Below are positions 7,387 through 17,715 of a stretch of DNA of 64,000 nt, piece after piece. Both the position numbers and the translations under genes were made by a program. How positions within the stretch are numbered: position 1 is the first letter of the stretch; each line of letters starts with the position of its first letter. The DNA comes from Flavobacteriales bacterium (GTDB taxonomy: Bacteria; Bacteroidota; Bacteroidia; Flavobacteriales_G; JALEGO01): contig JAHDHZ010000006.1 of assembly GCA_020631045.1 (NCBI GenBank), forward strand, positions 6,469 to 70,468. Direction: 5' to 3'. The notes under the pieces are model-generated. The model was not told the DNA's origin, searched no databases, and saw nothing but the letters and a program-made list of their open reading frames with translations.

Positions 7387-8715
7387 ATGCGTACCTTTAA
7401 GGTCTTGAAAACTAGAACACTTAAGAAGAATAAGGTCAATGTAGTGACTTTGGGTTGTGCCAAGAATTTGTTTGATTCAGAGGTAATGCTCTCGCAATTG
7501 AAGGCAAATAATTTTGAAGTTGAACATGAATCTCAAAAAGAAGATGCTCAAATTGTGGTGATCAATACCTGCGGATTCATTGAAAACGCAAAGCAAGAAT
7601 CAATCGATACCATTTTGTCATTTGCTGAGGCAAAAAAACAAGGTAAGGTAGAGAAATTGTATGTCACAGGCTGTTTGTCTGAGCGCTATAAAGATGATTT
7701 AGAGAAAGAGATTACGGAGGTAGATGCCTATTTTGGCACGCGTGAATTGCCCCGATTATTAAAGACACTTAAAGCTGATTACAAGCACGAATTGGTGGGC
7801 GAACGTTTGTTGACCACCCCTTCACACTATGCTTATTTTAAAATTTCTGAAGGATGTGATCGTCCTTGTTCGTTTTGTGCCATTCCCTTGATGAGGGGCA
7901 AGCATCGATCAACCCCGATTGAGGCATTGGTAGATCAGGCTAAAGGGTTGGCAGCAAAAGGTGTGAAAGAATTGATGGTGATTGCGCAAGATTCAACTTA
8001 TTATGGATTAGATCTTTATGGAAAGCGTGAATTGCCTAAGCTATTAGATAAACTCTCTGATGTTCAGGGTATTGATTGGATTCGTTTGCACTATGCTTTT
8101 CCTACAGGGTTTCCGATGGAGGTATTTGATGTAATGAATGAAAAATCAGCGATTTGTAACTATTTAGATATTCCGTTGCAGCATGGTTCAAGTGCGATGT
8201 TAAAATCAATGCGTCGTGGAACCACAAGAGAGAAAACCACTAAACTCATTGAGGATATTCGCTCAAAAGTGCCCAGTATTGCCATTCGAACAACTTTGAT
8301 TGCAGGTTACCCAGGTGAGGGTGAAAAAGAATTTCAAGAAATGTATGATTGGGTTGAGCGAATGCGTTTTGAACGCTTGGGTATCTTTACTTATTCACAT
8401 GAAGAAAACACCCATGCTTTCAAGCTGAAAGATGATGTGCCTGCTGAATTAAAGCAAGAGCGCGCTAATCAGATTATGGAGCTGCAAGCTTCAATTTCAG
8501 AAGAGTTGAATCATCTGAAGGTAGGGAAGACTTTTAAGGTGTTGTTTGATAAGGTAGAAGCTGAATATTTCGTAGGGCGTACCGAGTTTGATTCAGTAGA
8601 GGTAGACAATCAAGTATTGGTGCCGACCAAAGATAATTATGTGCGTATCGGAGATTTTTCTAATGTAAAAATCAATGATGCAACTGCTTATGATTTGTAT
8701 GGTTCTGTAGAGTGA
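7387..8715 (+). CDS. rimO: ribosomal protein S12 methylthiotransferase RimO
   Basis: MTTase N-domain VNVVTLGCAKNLFDSE, radical-SAM CDRPCSFCAIP, and a C-terminal TRAM-like region. The ATG at 7387 is preferred over the track's TTG at 7348. Confidence 0.9.
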   Translation: MRTFKVLKTRTLKKNKVNVVTLGCAKNLFDSEVMLSQLKANNFEVEHESQKEDAQIVVINTCGFIENAKQESIDTILSFAEAKKQGKVEKLYVTGCLSERYKDDLEKEITEVDAYFGTRELPRLLKTLKADYKHELVGERLLTTPSHYAYFKISEGCDRPCSFCAIPLMRGKHRSTPIEALVDQAKGLAAKGVKELMVIAQDSTYYGLDLYGKRELPKLLDKLSDVQGIDWIRLHYAFPTGFPMEVFDVMNEKSAICNYLDIPLQHGSSAMLKSMRRGTTREKTTKLIEDIRSKVPSIAIRTTLIAGYPGEGEKEFQEMYDWVERMRFERLGIFTYSHEENTHAFKLKDDVPAELKQERANQIMELQASISEELNHLKVGKTFKVLFDKVEAEYFVGRTEFDSVEVDNQVLVPTKDNYVRIGDFSNVKINDATAYDLYGSVE

Positions 8716-10439
8716 TGAAAACTCAAAGCATCAACAGCAAAGAGATTGAATATTTTTCTAAAACAGTAGTTGCTTTTTTAGAACAGGCTCCTTTTTTTCA
8801 AGAATTTCATGCTCAGCAGTTCAATTTAGAGCAAATTGAGCAACAGACTACTTCGCGCATATTTTCAAAAGAGCAACGTGAAGTTTTGGTTGATGGCTTA
8901 AAAGAGCAGTATACACAATGGAACTTGCAAGTTCCTGAAAATGTGGCAAAACTCTCTGAGGAGCATACCTATACCATCACTACGGGGCATCAGTTGTGTT
9001 TGATGGCAGGGCCTTTGTATGTGATTTACAAAATTTTATCGATCATAAAATTAACCCAGCAACTGAATGCGCAGCCAGGCAAAGCACAGTATGTACCTGT
9101 TTTTTGGATGGCCAGTGAAGACCATGATTTTTTAGAGGTCAATCATGTGCAGCTCTATAACGATCGTTATGCCTATGGTTTTGGTTCTGAGGGTTTGCAA
9201 GAAAAAAAATCAGATGTAGCTTTAAAGCAAAATCTTACTGGTGGGTCTGATCAAAACTCTAAGCTAGACTCTGGTCAAGCATCTGAAGAACAAGATGGTA
9301 GAATGAGCATCAAGGAGGTTGATGCTAAATCTGGATTAGGCCCGGTAGGAGAAATCATTTTCGATGCACAAGATCTTGTTGCTCAAATAAAAACTAGATT
9401 AAAAGATCAAGCCTTTTCTTCTGTGCTAAACGCAATAATTGACAATAGCTACGGCAAAACTCACGCTAACAGCATTGCTTTTAGCCGATTTTTGCATGAA
9501 CTGTTTAAGGGCTATGGATTGGTGCTAATTGACGCACATAAAAAACATTTCAAAACCCCATTCATTCCTCATCTTACCCAAGAACTCAATCAATCTACCA
9601 CCCACCACCATCTCACCAAAACCAATCAACTATTCAAACAACACAACCTTAAAACCCAAATCACCCCAAGAGAAATAAACGTTTTTTATGTGCATGGCCC
9701 ATCGCGCAACCGCATCATCAAAACCGACCATGGCTATCAGGTTCAAAATACCGACCTTACCTTCACCCAACAAGAAATTCTTGCCCATCTTAAAGATTAC
9801 CCCCAGCGCTTTAGCCCCAATGTCGCCCTTAGGCCGCTTTACCAAGAACACATACTGCCCAATGTAGCGACCATTTTAGGCCCCTCAGAACTGGTGTACT
9901 GGTTGCAACTCAAAACCACCTTTAAAGCTTTTGATGTGCCTTACCCTGCTTTGTTTTTACGCGACTCTTTTTTGCTCTACTCGGCAAAAGATGTACAAAC
10001 CCTATCCACTCAAGGCCTAGAGCTAAAAGATATTTTCGCCCCAAAAGACACCCTATTAAACAAAGCCATCTCATCCACCCCAAAAAACCAGAGCATCTCT
10101 TCATCCACCCAAAAGCTCAAACATCTCCTAGCCCAACACACCCAAGAACTTGCCGCTCTAGAGCCCTCTATGCAACAAATGCTTTTGGCTGAGATGCAAA
10201 AAATTGAAAACACTCTTGAGCGCATTGAAAAAAAGTTTGTTGCTACTCAAAAAAAGCAACAAGAAGTGGTGCTGAATCGATTGTTGAAAATCAGATCAAA
10301 GTATATGCCTAGTGATAAACCACAAGAGCGGGTGCAAAATTTCATGCCCTTTTTTGTGCAAAAGGGAATGGGTTTATTTGATGAATTGCTTGAGCGATCA
10401 GATGTGATGCAGGTAGATGTGAAGCTGCTTGAGTTGTAA
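8715..10439 (+). CDS. bshC: bacillithiol biosynthesis cysteine-adding enzyme BshC
   Basis: FWMASEDHDF and FSPNVALRPLYQE...LPNVATILGPSELVYWLQLK are BshC (YllA-family) hallmarks. The ATG at 8715 overlaps the rimO stop (TGATG). The track lists a GTG at 8712. Confidence 0.8.
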   Translation: MKTQSINSKEIEYFSKTVVAFLEQAPFFQEFHAQQFNLEQIEQQTTSRIFSKEQREVLVDGLKEQYTQWNLQVPENVAKLSEEHTYTITTGHQLCLMAGPLYVIYKILSIIKLTQQLNAQPGKAQYVPVFWMASEDHDFLEVNHVQLYNDRYAYGFGSEGLQEKKSDVALKQNLTGGSDQNSKLDSGQASEEQDGRMSIKEVDAKSGLGPVGEIIFDAQDLVAQIKTRLKDQAFSSVLNAIIDNSYGKTHANSIAFSRFLHELFKGYGLVLIDAHKKHFKTPFIPHLTQELNQSTTHHHLTKTNQLFKQHNLKTQITPREINVFYVHGPSRNRIIKTDHGYQVQNTDLTFTQQEILAHLKDYPQRFSPNVALRPLYQEHILPNVATILGPSELVYWLQLKTTFKAFDVPYPALFLRDSFLLYSAKDVQTLSTQGLELKDIFAPKDTLLNKAISSTPKNQSISSSTQKLKHLLAQHTQELAALEPSMQQMLLAEMQKIENTLERIEKKFVATQKKQQEVVLNRLLKIRSKYMPSDKPQERVQNFMPFFVQKGMGLFDELLERSDVMQVDVKLLEL

Positions 10440-10503
10440 AGTTAAGACTACTTTAATTTTTGAATGAACAAGCTTTACTTCTTTAAAAACTCGTAGCTTT
10501 GCC

Positions 10504-12048
10504 ATGGATTTTATGGCACAAACACGCATTGATATTATAGACTTTGGTTCTCAGTATACGCAACTGATTGCAAGATCTTTACGTGAGTTAAATATCTATT
10601 GTGAAATCTCTCCTTACAACAACTATTCGTTTGAGTCTTTTGATGTTGTAAAAGGCATTATTCTTTCTGGAAGTCCTTGCTCTGTACATCAAAGCGATGC
10701 TCCTGGTTTTGATTTTGATGCATTTTTAAACCGTTTGCCTATTTTGGCGATTTGTTATGGCTCTCAACTCTATGCGCATCATTTTGGAGGCAGTGTTGTG
10801 CGCAGTGAAATTAGAGAATACGGCAGGGCAAATTTGAGTTTTGTGCAAACTTCGGCTGTCTTATTGAGAGGGCTTGAGCAAAACACGCAAGTATGGATGT
10901 CACATGGCGATACGATTGCTAAGTTGCCCCAGGTGGCCGAGAAAATTGCCTCTACTGACCATGTTGAGTTTGCTGCTTATCAAGTTGTAGATCAGCAATT
11001 TTATGCCCTGCAGTTTCATCCTGAGGTGTATCATTCATTAGATGGCAAGCAGATCTTGAGCAATTTTGTCTATGATATTTGTGGGCTTTCGCCTGATTTT
11101 ACTCCTGATGCTTTTGTTGAGGTAGCTTTAAATCAAATTAAGCAGCAGGTAGGTACAGATAAAGTGATTTTAGGTCTTTCGGGTGGAGTAGATTCTTCTG
11201 TGGCGGGGCTATTGATTCACAAGGCGATTGGTGATCAGTTGACGGGCATTTTTGTCGACAATGGATTACTGAGAAAAGAGGAGTTTGAGCAGGTATTAGA
11301 AAGCTATCAATCATTGGGTTTGCAAATCAAAGCTATTGATGCCAAAGAGCAGTTTTATAAGGCTTTGAAAGGTGTGAGTGACCCCGAAGAAAAACGCAAA
11401 ATTATTGGCAGAGTCTTCATTGAAGTATTTGACAGGGCTGCTGCAGAGATTAAAGATGCTAAGTGGTTGGCGCAAGGTACGATTTACCCTGATGTGATTG
11501 AGTCGGTATCGGTGAATGGCCCTTCAGCGACCATTAAATCACATCATAACGTGGGTGGATTGCCCGATCATATGAAATTGCAACTCTTAGAGCCTTTAAA
11601 GCAGTTGTTTAAAGATGAGGTAAGAAGAGTGGGTAAGACCCTTGAGTTGCCTTTAAAGATCTTAAATAGACATCCTTTCCCGGGACCAGGCTTGGCTATT
11701 CGAATTTTAGGAGAGATTACCCCAGAAAAAATTGCTATTTTGCAAGAGGTAGATGCTGTTTTTATTAATGGTTTGAAAGCGCACAATTTATATGATCAGG
11801 TTTGGCAGGCAGGAGCAATGCTATTGCCCGTGCAATCTGTTGGAGTGATGGGTGATGAGCGCACTTATGAGTCGGTGGTCGCTTTAAGGGCTGTAAGCTC
11901 TACTGATGGCATGACTGCTGATTGGGTACATTTGCCCTACGAGTTCTTAGCTGAGATTTCAAATCAAATCATCAACCGCGTCAAAGGAGTCAATAGAGTG
12001 GTGTATGACATCAGTTCTAAGCCTCCAGCTACTATAGAATGGGAATAA
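10504..12048 (+). CDS. guaA: GMP synthase (glutamine-hydrolysing)
   Basis: GATase domain ([31 protein letters not shown]), ATP-pyrophosphatase loop [11 protein letters not shown], and C-terminal PPATIEWE. A second in-frame ATG lies at 10513. Confidence 0.95.
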   Translation: MDFMAQTRIDIIDFGSQYTQLIARSLRELNIYCEISPYNNYSFESFDVVKGIILSGSPCSVHQSDAPGFDFDAFLNRLPILAICYGSQLYAHHFGGSVVRSEIREYGRANLSFVQTSAVLLRGLEQNTQVWMSHGDTIAKLPQVAEKIASTDHVEFAAYQVVDQQFYALQFHPEVYHSLDGKQILSNFVYDICGLSPDFTPDAFVEVALNQIKQQVGTDKVILGLSGGVDSSVAGLLIHKAIGDQLTGIFVDNGLLRKEEFEQVLESYQSLGLQIKAIDAKEQFYKALKGVSDPEEKRKIIGRVFIEVFDRAAAEIKDAKWLAQGTIYPDVIESVSVNGPSATIKSHHNVGGLPDHMKLQLLEPLKQLFKDEVRRVGKTLELPLKILNRHPFPGPGLAIRILGEITPEKIAILQEVDAVFINGLKAHNLYDQVWQAGAMLLPVQSVGVMGDERTYESVVALRAVSSTDGMTADWVHLPYEFLAEISNQIINRVKGVNRVVYDISSKPPATIEWE

Positions 12049-12050
12049 TT

Positions 12051-13646
12051 ATGAAAAGACTTTTATTCAATTTTTTAATGGTTTTTTGCTTTTTCTTGGG
12101 TACATACGCTCAAGAATATAGCTATACTACGCATACTGTTAAAGCTAAAGAGACATTATACAGTCTTTCAAAACAATACAATGTAAGCATTGATGAATTG
12201 TATGAAGACAATCCTAGCTTAGAGCTTGAGGGCTTAAAGCAAGGCAGCATCTTGCGCATTCGATCAGCATCACATCAAGTTTCATTACAAGTACCCATTG
12301 TGCACAAAGTGCAAAAGGGAGAAACACTCTATGGAATTGCAAAACAATATGGAGTTGAGGTTGAAAGAATAAAGGCAGACAATCCTATTATTGAGGCTCA
12401 AGGATTAAAAGAAGGATTCTTACTTGAAATTTATCAGCAAAGCAAGCAAAATACCTTAGATGTGAGCGCAGAGAATTTACAAACCATGAAAGTTAGCAAA
12501 ATGGTTGTAAAACAAGATTTAGAAGAAGCATTCTTAGAAATTACAGATACGCTAAAAGATACTTTAGAACATTTTAAAAGAGAGCGTTTAAACATTGCTT
12601 TTTTTGCGCCCTTAATGCTTGAGTTGAATGATTCACTTTGCAAGCAAAATTTGCCAATTGATAAGAAATCTGAGGTGGCTTATGATATTTATGCTGGAGT
12701 CTTATTGGCGATAGATTCATTGATCGAGACTGGTATAGCAGTTGATTTGCAGGTTTTTGATACTCAGAATGATGAAAAAATTGTTGAGCAAATAATAAAG
12801 AATGACAAGTTTAAAGGTATAGATATGATTGTAGGGCCTTTATATGCCAAAACATTTAAATTGGTGTCTAAACAAGCCAATGATTTGGGTATTCCGATTA
12901 TTTGTCCAGTGCCAATTAGTAAGAAGGTATTGATTGGTGCGCCATACACACTAAAAGCTTTTGCTTCTAAAGCTTCAAGGCATGATCAAATGGCTGAGTT
13001 TTTAAATGCGAATCATGCGTCTTCAAAAGTGTTTGTTGTTGATCAAAGAGGTAAGTATAAAATATTTGCAAATCAGTTTGTAAGCTCGTTTAATAAAAAG
13101 CATAAGTCTAATCATCTTCTAAAAGAAGATACAGCTATGTATTTATCAATGTGGAAGGTAGACGTTTCAAGAATCACTAAAAATATGCAGCCCTCTAAGC
13201 GAAATGTAGTGGCGATTTTATCTTCTGATAATTCTTTTGTTACTGAAGTTGTCTCAAATATTTACATGGCGAGTAAAGATCTTGATGTAATGGTCTTAGG
13301 AGAAGAAAAATGGCAAAGTTTCAAGTTGTTTGATGAACAATATTTAAGGCATTTAAATGTGCATTTGACATCATCATATTATATTGATCATGCATCTTTT
13401 TTATCGAAAGCACTGTTTGATAGAGGAGCGAATCATACCAAGTATTCAGATGCTGCTTATCGTTCTGTTTCTAGTTTGGCTAGTTTTTTAAGCAAGCATG
13501 AAGCAAAGAATTTAACACAAATAGAGCAGCAAGATTTTGGTAAATATCATTTTAAATTTTTGAAAAAAGGCTTTGATGCGGGTTATGAAAATGGCTATAC
13601 CCATATCTTGAAATATGAGAATTATGAGTATCTTAAGGTACGATAA
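12051..13646 (+). CDS. LysM (x2) peptidoglycan-binding protein with periplasmic-binding-protein-like C-terminal domain
   Basis: Signal peptide MKRLLFNFLMVFCFFLGTYAQ. Two LysM units are present (HTVKAKETLYSLSKQYNVSIDELYEDNPSL; HKVQKGETLYGIAKQYGVEVERIKADNPII). The ATG at 12051 is preferred over 12039. Confidence 0.8.
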   Translation: MKRLLFNFLMVFCFFLGTYAQEYSYTTHTVKAKETLYSLSKQYNVSIDELYEDNPSLELEGLKQGSILRIRSASHQVSLQVPIVHKVQKGETLYGIAKQYGVEVERIKADNPIIEAQGLKEGFLLEIYQQSKQNTLDVSAENLQTMKVSKMVVKQDLEEAFLEITDTLKDTLEHFKRERLNIAFFAPLMLELNDSLCKQNLPIDKKSEVAYDIYAGVLLAIDSLIETGIAVDLQVFDTQNDEKIVEQIIKNDKFKGIDMIVGPLYAKTFKLVSKQANDLGIPIICPVPISKKVLIGAPYTLKAFASKASRHDQMAEFLNANHASSKVFVVDQRGKYKIFANQFVSSFNKKHKSNHLLKEDTAMYLSMWKVDVSRITKNMQPSKRNVVAILSSDNSFVTEVVSNIYMASKDLDVMVLGEEKWQSFKLFDEQYLRHLNVHLTSSYYIDHASFLSKALFDRGANHTKYSDAAYRSVSSLASFLSKHEAKNLTQIEQQDFGKYHFKFLKKGFDAGYENGYTHILKYENYEYLKVR

Positions 13647-16222
13647 TGCTCAAAAAAGTTATTTATGCAGGTTTAGTGGCTTTGTTTTTTCTAGCCATGT
13701 TTATCTATGTTCAGCTTAGGTTTACTTCAGATAAGCAACAGGGGCAAGATGTTTATGGCTATGTTTCGTCTCGTTCGGCACTAATTTGTCAGCTAGATAA
13801 GGTTGATGAGCTGACCAAAACCCTGCAGCATTCTAATTTGATTTGGTCAGATTTGATCAACATTCCGTTCTGGAATAGGGTTGACCTTTTTTTAAAAGAT
13901 ATAGATCAAAAGGCTTCAATTGTTGATAGAATTGTAATTTCTGCTATTCAAAATAGTGCCAAAGAATTTGATTTTATCACATTTATTTCTTTTAAACAGG
14001 CGTTAACACACAATGAGATCAAAGAGATTAGTACGTTTAAAGACGTTAAACATGTTGGTACTTATCAAACAATAGATCTATATCAGATCACTCAACAAGA
14101 AAAAGAATTATTTTATTTTTTAGACGGTCAAATTGCTGGGGTCTCTGTCAGTAAACAACTTTTAGAAGAAGCCATTGATGTTTCATCACAAGCAGAAAGA
14201 TCTTTGAAACAATCAACTACTTTTTTAAAGGCCCAGAGGTATGCAGGCTCAGATTTAGACGGAAATTTATTTATCAATTTTAAGCATTCTCCGATAGTCT
14301 TTAGTCAAGCGATGTCAAAAAAACATAGAGATCAACTCGAAATTTTACAAAATGTAGGTGATTGGTTGAGTCTTGATTTACAAGTAAAACCCAACTACAT
14401 CAATGCCAATGGTTTTATTGTTAATGCTGATTCTTCTCAAAGTATTTTAAACTATTTTGATGGTCAATATCCTATCAAAAGCGGTATGAGCCAAGTCATT
14501 CCTTCAAAGGCTGCATTTGCAATGAATTTTATGTTTAGTGATTTTTATGGTTATTTATCTCGCTTGCATCAAGGAAAAGTATTGAGTCCTTCAATTGAGA
14601 GAATTTCTGAAGCTTTTACTGGTGAAATCTCTTATGCTTTAGTGAGTAAGGGCCAACTAAATAATTATGAAAAGCTTGCGATTCTTAAAATAAGAGATGA
14701 TCAGGCTTTACAAAGAGTGCTTGATCAAGTTGAATTGAGCAAAGATTATTTGCAACGTTATTTCGGCTCATTTTTTAAAGAGTTTAAATCACAATCACAT
14801 AAAATAGTAGATGATTATCTTTTTGTTGCTGAGTCTCAACAAGTTTTAGACTGGTTTGTAAAAACGCCCTTAAAAGTAAATAGTTTGTCTTCAGATGTGC
14901 GCTTTCAAGAGTTTAACAGGCACTTTGCCAAAAAGTCGAATGTGCAAGTTTACATAAGGCCTTCTGAGAATAAGCTATTGTTGGCAGATTATCTTTCTGC
15001 TCAAAGCCTTGTTTTTATTGAAAAGTATGATTTTCTATTTCACAAGTTTGAGACCGTTGGAATGCACTTGAGTAGAGAGCAAGATAATCTATTTTATGCA
15101 ACACTTCAAGCGACTTACAATGCCTCAAAAAGCAATTACCCTTCAATGTTGTGGGAATATTTCGGAGAAGATAAATTTACAAGACAACCCTTTTATTTTA
15201 AAAATCACAGAACTGGTTTGTATGACGTAGCCATACAAGATAATTCAAATCAGTTTTACTTAATTAGTGCTGGCGGAAAAGCCATTTTCAAACGGCAGTT
15301 CAACAGCCCTATTCAAGGCAGTATCTATCAGGTAGATGCTTTTAAAAACAATAAGCATCAATTGTTGTTTGCCACACTTAATAAAGTGTATTTAATTGAT
15401 CGAGATGGCAAAGATGTAGAAGGCTTTCCGATTGATGTTGCCCAAAAAATCTCTAATCAGGGCGTGCAGCTCTTTGATTATGATCAAAACAAAAATTACC
15501 GCATATTGATTGGCACCAAAGACCACAAAATACTCAATTACAATATCTCAGGATCACCAGTCGAAGGCTGGGCATTTCAAAAAACTTCTACAGAACTTGC
15601 AGCTCCAATCAAACACACATCAGTGCAAAACAAAGATTATCTTACAGCCATTGATGAGAAAGGAGCTGTTTATGTGTTTAACCGAAAAGGAGAGTCAAGA
15701 ATAAACTTAGATCGAGCTGTAAAGCTACAGTATGCTGATTTTGATGTAGTAAAAGCTCAAGATATTGAAAGCTCTTTTATTTGTTACACTGACAATGTTG
15801 GTGCCATTCATAAGTTGTATTTTAATGGAGAGCATCGCATAGAGCCTCATCAAAACTTTGTTTCAAATCATTCTTTCAAACGTACCGTGCAGCCTGATCA
15901 AAAGGTGAGATATGTATACACTTCAAAGAATAAACTTGAAGTATTTTCAACTTCACTTGACACAATATTTAGTTTTCAGGCGCCCTCTAGACTCGATGCT
16001 GGAGTAAAGACTTATATTTTTAACGAGCAAGAATATATAGGCGCAGTGAGTAAAGCAGCAGAGCAAATTTATTTGTTAGATCAAAAAGGAGCATTGTACA
16101 AACACTTTCCCTTGCCAGGAGTCACTCAATTTAGCATTAAAGACATCAATGCTGACGGGAAGCTCGATCTAGCCACCTGCACTCAGCAAGGTGCTTTGCG
16201 TCTTTATTCTTTAGAGGAGTAA
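13646..16222 (+). CDS. membrane-anchored protein of unknown function with C-terminal beta-propeller-like region
   Basis: 858 aa with an N-terminal TM anchor (VIYAGLVALFFLAMFIYV). The C-terminal third has repeated strand patterns ending in the FG-GAP/VCBS-like DINADGKLDLATCT. The start overlaps the upstream stop (TAATG). Confidence 0.6.
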   Translation: MLKKVIYAGLVALFFLAMFIYVQLRFTSDKQQGQDVYGYVSSRSALICQLDKVDELTKTLQHSNLIWSDLINIPFWNRVDLFLKDIDQKASIVDRIVISAIQNSAKEFDFITFISFKQALTHNEIKEISTFKDVKHVGTYQTIDLYQITQQEKELFYFLDGQIAGVSVSKQLLEEAIDVSSQAERSLKQSTTFLKAQRYAGSDLDGNLFINFKHSPIVFSQAMSKKHRDQLEILQNVGDWLSLDLQVKPNYINANGFIVNADSSQSILNYFDGQYPIKSGMSQVIPSKAAFAMNFMFSDFYGYLSRLHQGKVLSPSIERISEAFTGEISYALVSKGQLNNYEKLAILKIRDDQALQRVLDQVELSKDYLQRYFGSFFKEFKSQSHKIVDDYLFVAESQQVLDWFVKTPLKVNSLSSDVRFQEFNRHFAKKSNVQVYIRPSENKLLLADYLSAQSLVFIEKYDFLFHKFETVGMHLSREQDNLFYATLQATYNASKSNYPSMLWEYFGEDKFTRQPFYFKNHRTGLYDVAIQDNSNQFYLISAGGKAIFKRQFNSPIQGSIYQVDAFKNNKHQLLFATLNKVYLIDRDGKDVEGFPIDVAQKISNQGVQLFDYDQNKNYRILIGTKDHKILNYNISGSPVEGWAFQKTSTELAAPIKHTSVQNKDYLTAIDEKGAVYVFNRKGESRINLDRAVKLQYADFDVVKAQDIESSFICYTDNVGAIHKLYFNGEHRIEPHQNFVSNHSFKRTVQPDQKVRYVYTSKNKLEVFSTSLDTIFSFQAPSRLDAGVKTYIFNEQEYIGAVSKAAEQIYLLDQKGALYKHFPLPGVTQFSIKDINADGKLDLATCTQQGALRLYSLEE

Positions 16223-17223
16223 TCTGAAAAATAGTTGATCAGATGTTCAGACAGTAGTTTGTTTCCTCGCTCATTCAAATGAACATGATCAACAAATAAT
16301 TCTTTTGAATTATTTTCTCGAAAATAGGGTGTTGGGCCTATGTAGGGTAGGCCAATACTTAAACAAAGTTCTTGCATATTTTGATGCATCTTAAGTGCTT
16401 TTACCTCATCGCTGGCAATGACTTCTGAACGGTAAGGAGAGTATAGAATATGTAAAGTAGAACCTTTTGAATGACAGATTTCTTTGAGTTGTTGAAGCTC
16501 ATCTTTTAATTGATTGAGTATTTGATTAGAAATGTTGTGTTGTTGGTTTAAAAAGAAGTCTGCTTTGTTGTTTTTCAGATCAAAGTAATGTTTTTTTTCT
16601 GCCAAGAAAAGATAGAGTGCAAAGTTTTGAAAGTGTTTTTTCAACCAATTTTCTTTAGGGTTTTGAGAGTTAAAGTCTTTGTTTTTTGATCGCTTAATAA
16701 GATCTGTAACATCATTAAAGCAAAGTTGTATGATGGTGTGTTTAGAGATCTGTTTTTCTAAAATTTTAGTTAAAGTATGTTTGATGTCAAGTAGGCCGTA
16801 TCCCTGCATGCTGTAATTGTTTGATTTTGGGTGGATGTTTTTAAACAAGTTGAAAGCACTTGCATCATAAGCAACACCAAACCCTTCAAAGACAGAATCT
16901 CCAAAAAAATTGAAGAGCGGGGCTGATGTGCTGGGGGCTGATCTGAAGCCTTGATTGTTGATTTGGTATGAGTGGTTGAAAATATCAGTGAATTGTGCGT
17001 TGGCTACAAATCTATAACCAATACTCTGAAAAGAAGGAGTGATGTATTTTTTGATGATTTGATGATGTGCACTTGTGCGTTGCTTGCTTTCATAGGTTAC
17101 TGATAGTTTAAGTATACGTACAGCTAGCTCACAAAGAAAAAGCCCCACTATAAGTGAGGCTGTAATCATGCAAATTGAAAAAAAATATTTTTTAAATCGG
17201 GTCATTGGCGCTTGTTTGGCCAC
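16204..17223 (-). CDS. membrane-anchored SGNH/GDSL-type hydrolase
   Basis: N-terminal TM helix, block I FFGDSVFEGFG, and block V DHVHLNERGNKLLSEHL (DxxH). Confidence 0.6.
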   Translation of the reverse strand: MAKQAPMTRFKKYFFSICMITASLIVGLFLCELAVRILKLSVTYESKQRTSAHHQIIKKYITPSFQSIGYRFVANAQFTDIFNHSYQINNQGFRSAPSTSAPLFNFFGDSVFEGFGVAYDASAFNLFKNIHPKSNNYSMQGYGLLDIKHTLTKILEKQISKHTIIQLCFNDVTDLIKRSKNKDFNSQNPKENWLKKHFQNFALYLFLAEKKHYFDLKNNKADFFLNQQHNISNQILNQLKDELQQLKEICHSKGSTLHILYSPYRSEVIASDEVKALKMHQNMQELCLSIGLPYIGPTPYFRENNSKELFVDHVHLNERGNKLLSEHLINYFSDYSSKE

Positions 17224-17710
17224 TGCTTATTTTTTGAATGTCTCGGTCAAATAGATACAAGCCGCTTTTATCGGTGCCAATCAATTTAAGTTTGTCTTTT
17301 AAGCTTCTCGCTAAGTTCTCTTCTTCGATTTGTTCTGAAACATACCATTGCAAGAAATTATGAGTGGTATAATCTTTTTCTTCAAGGCACAAGAAGACCA
17401 ATTTGTTTATCGCATCAGTGACTTTCATTTCATGTTTAAGTAAGTCATCAAAAACTTGAGCAATAGATTTAAATGATTTGGGTGGAGCATCTACTTTTGC
17501 AATGACGGCTCCTGATCCGCGCTCATTGACAAACCTAACGAGCTTTAACATGTGCTGACGTTCTTCTTCAGCGTGCTCATAGAAAAAAGCAGATATGCCT
17601 TCAAATCCTTGTACTTCTGTCCAAGAGGCAATGGCTAAATAAAATTGAGAAGCAGCAGCTTCAAGGGCGATTTGATTGTTGAGGGCTTTTTCTATTTTTT
17701 TTGAAAGCAT
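17192..17710 (-). CDS. ftnA: bacterial non-haem ferritin
   Basis: 172 aa. ALNNQIALEAAASQFYLAIASW...FYEHAEEERQHMLKLVRFVNERG is the ferritin ferroxidase-centre pattern. Confidence 0.9.
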   Translation of the reverse strand: MLSKKIEKALNNQIALEAAASQFYLAIASWTEVQGFEGISAFFYEHAEEERQHMLKLVRFVNERGSGAVIAKVDAPPKSFKSIAQVFDDLLKHEMKVTDAINKLVFLCLEEKDYTTHNFLQWYVSEQIEEENLARSLKDKLKLIGTDKSGLYLFDRDIQKISSGQTSANDPI

Positions 17711-17715
17711 AATCT

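Noticed and set aside
9630-10225. Three minus-strand ORFs (9630..9851, 9922..10104, 10010..10225) inside bshC
   Set aside because: They are stop-free by composition only. The C-rich coding-strand island makes the antisense strand G-rich and poor in TAA/TAG/TGA. The sense frame carries conserved BshC motifs.
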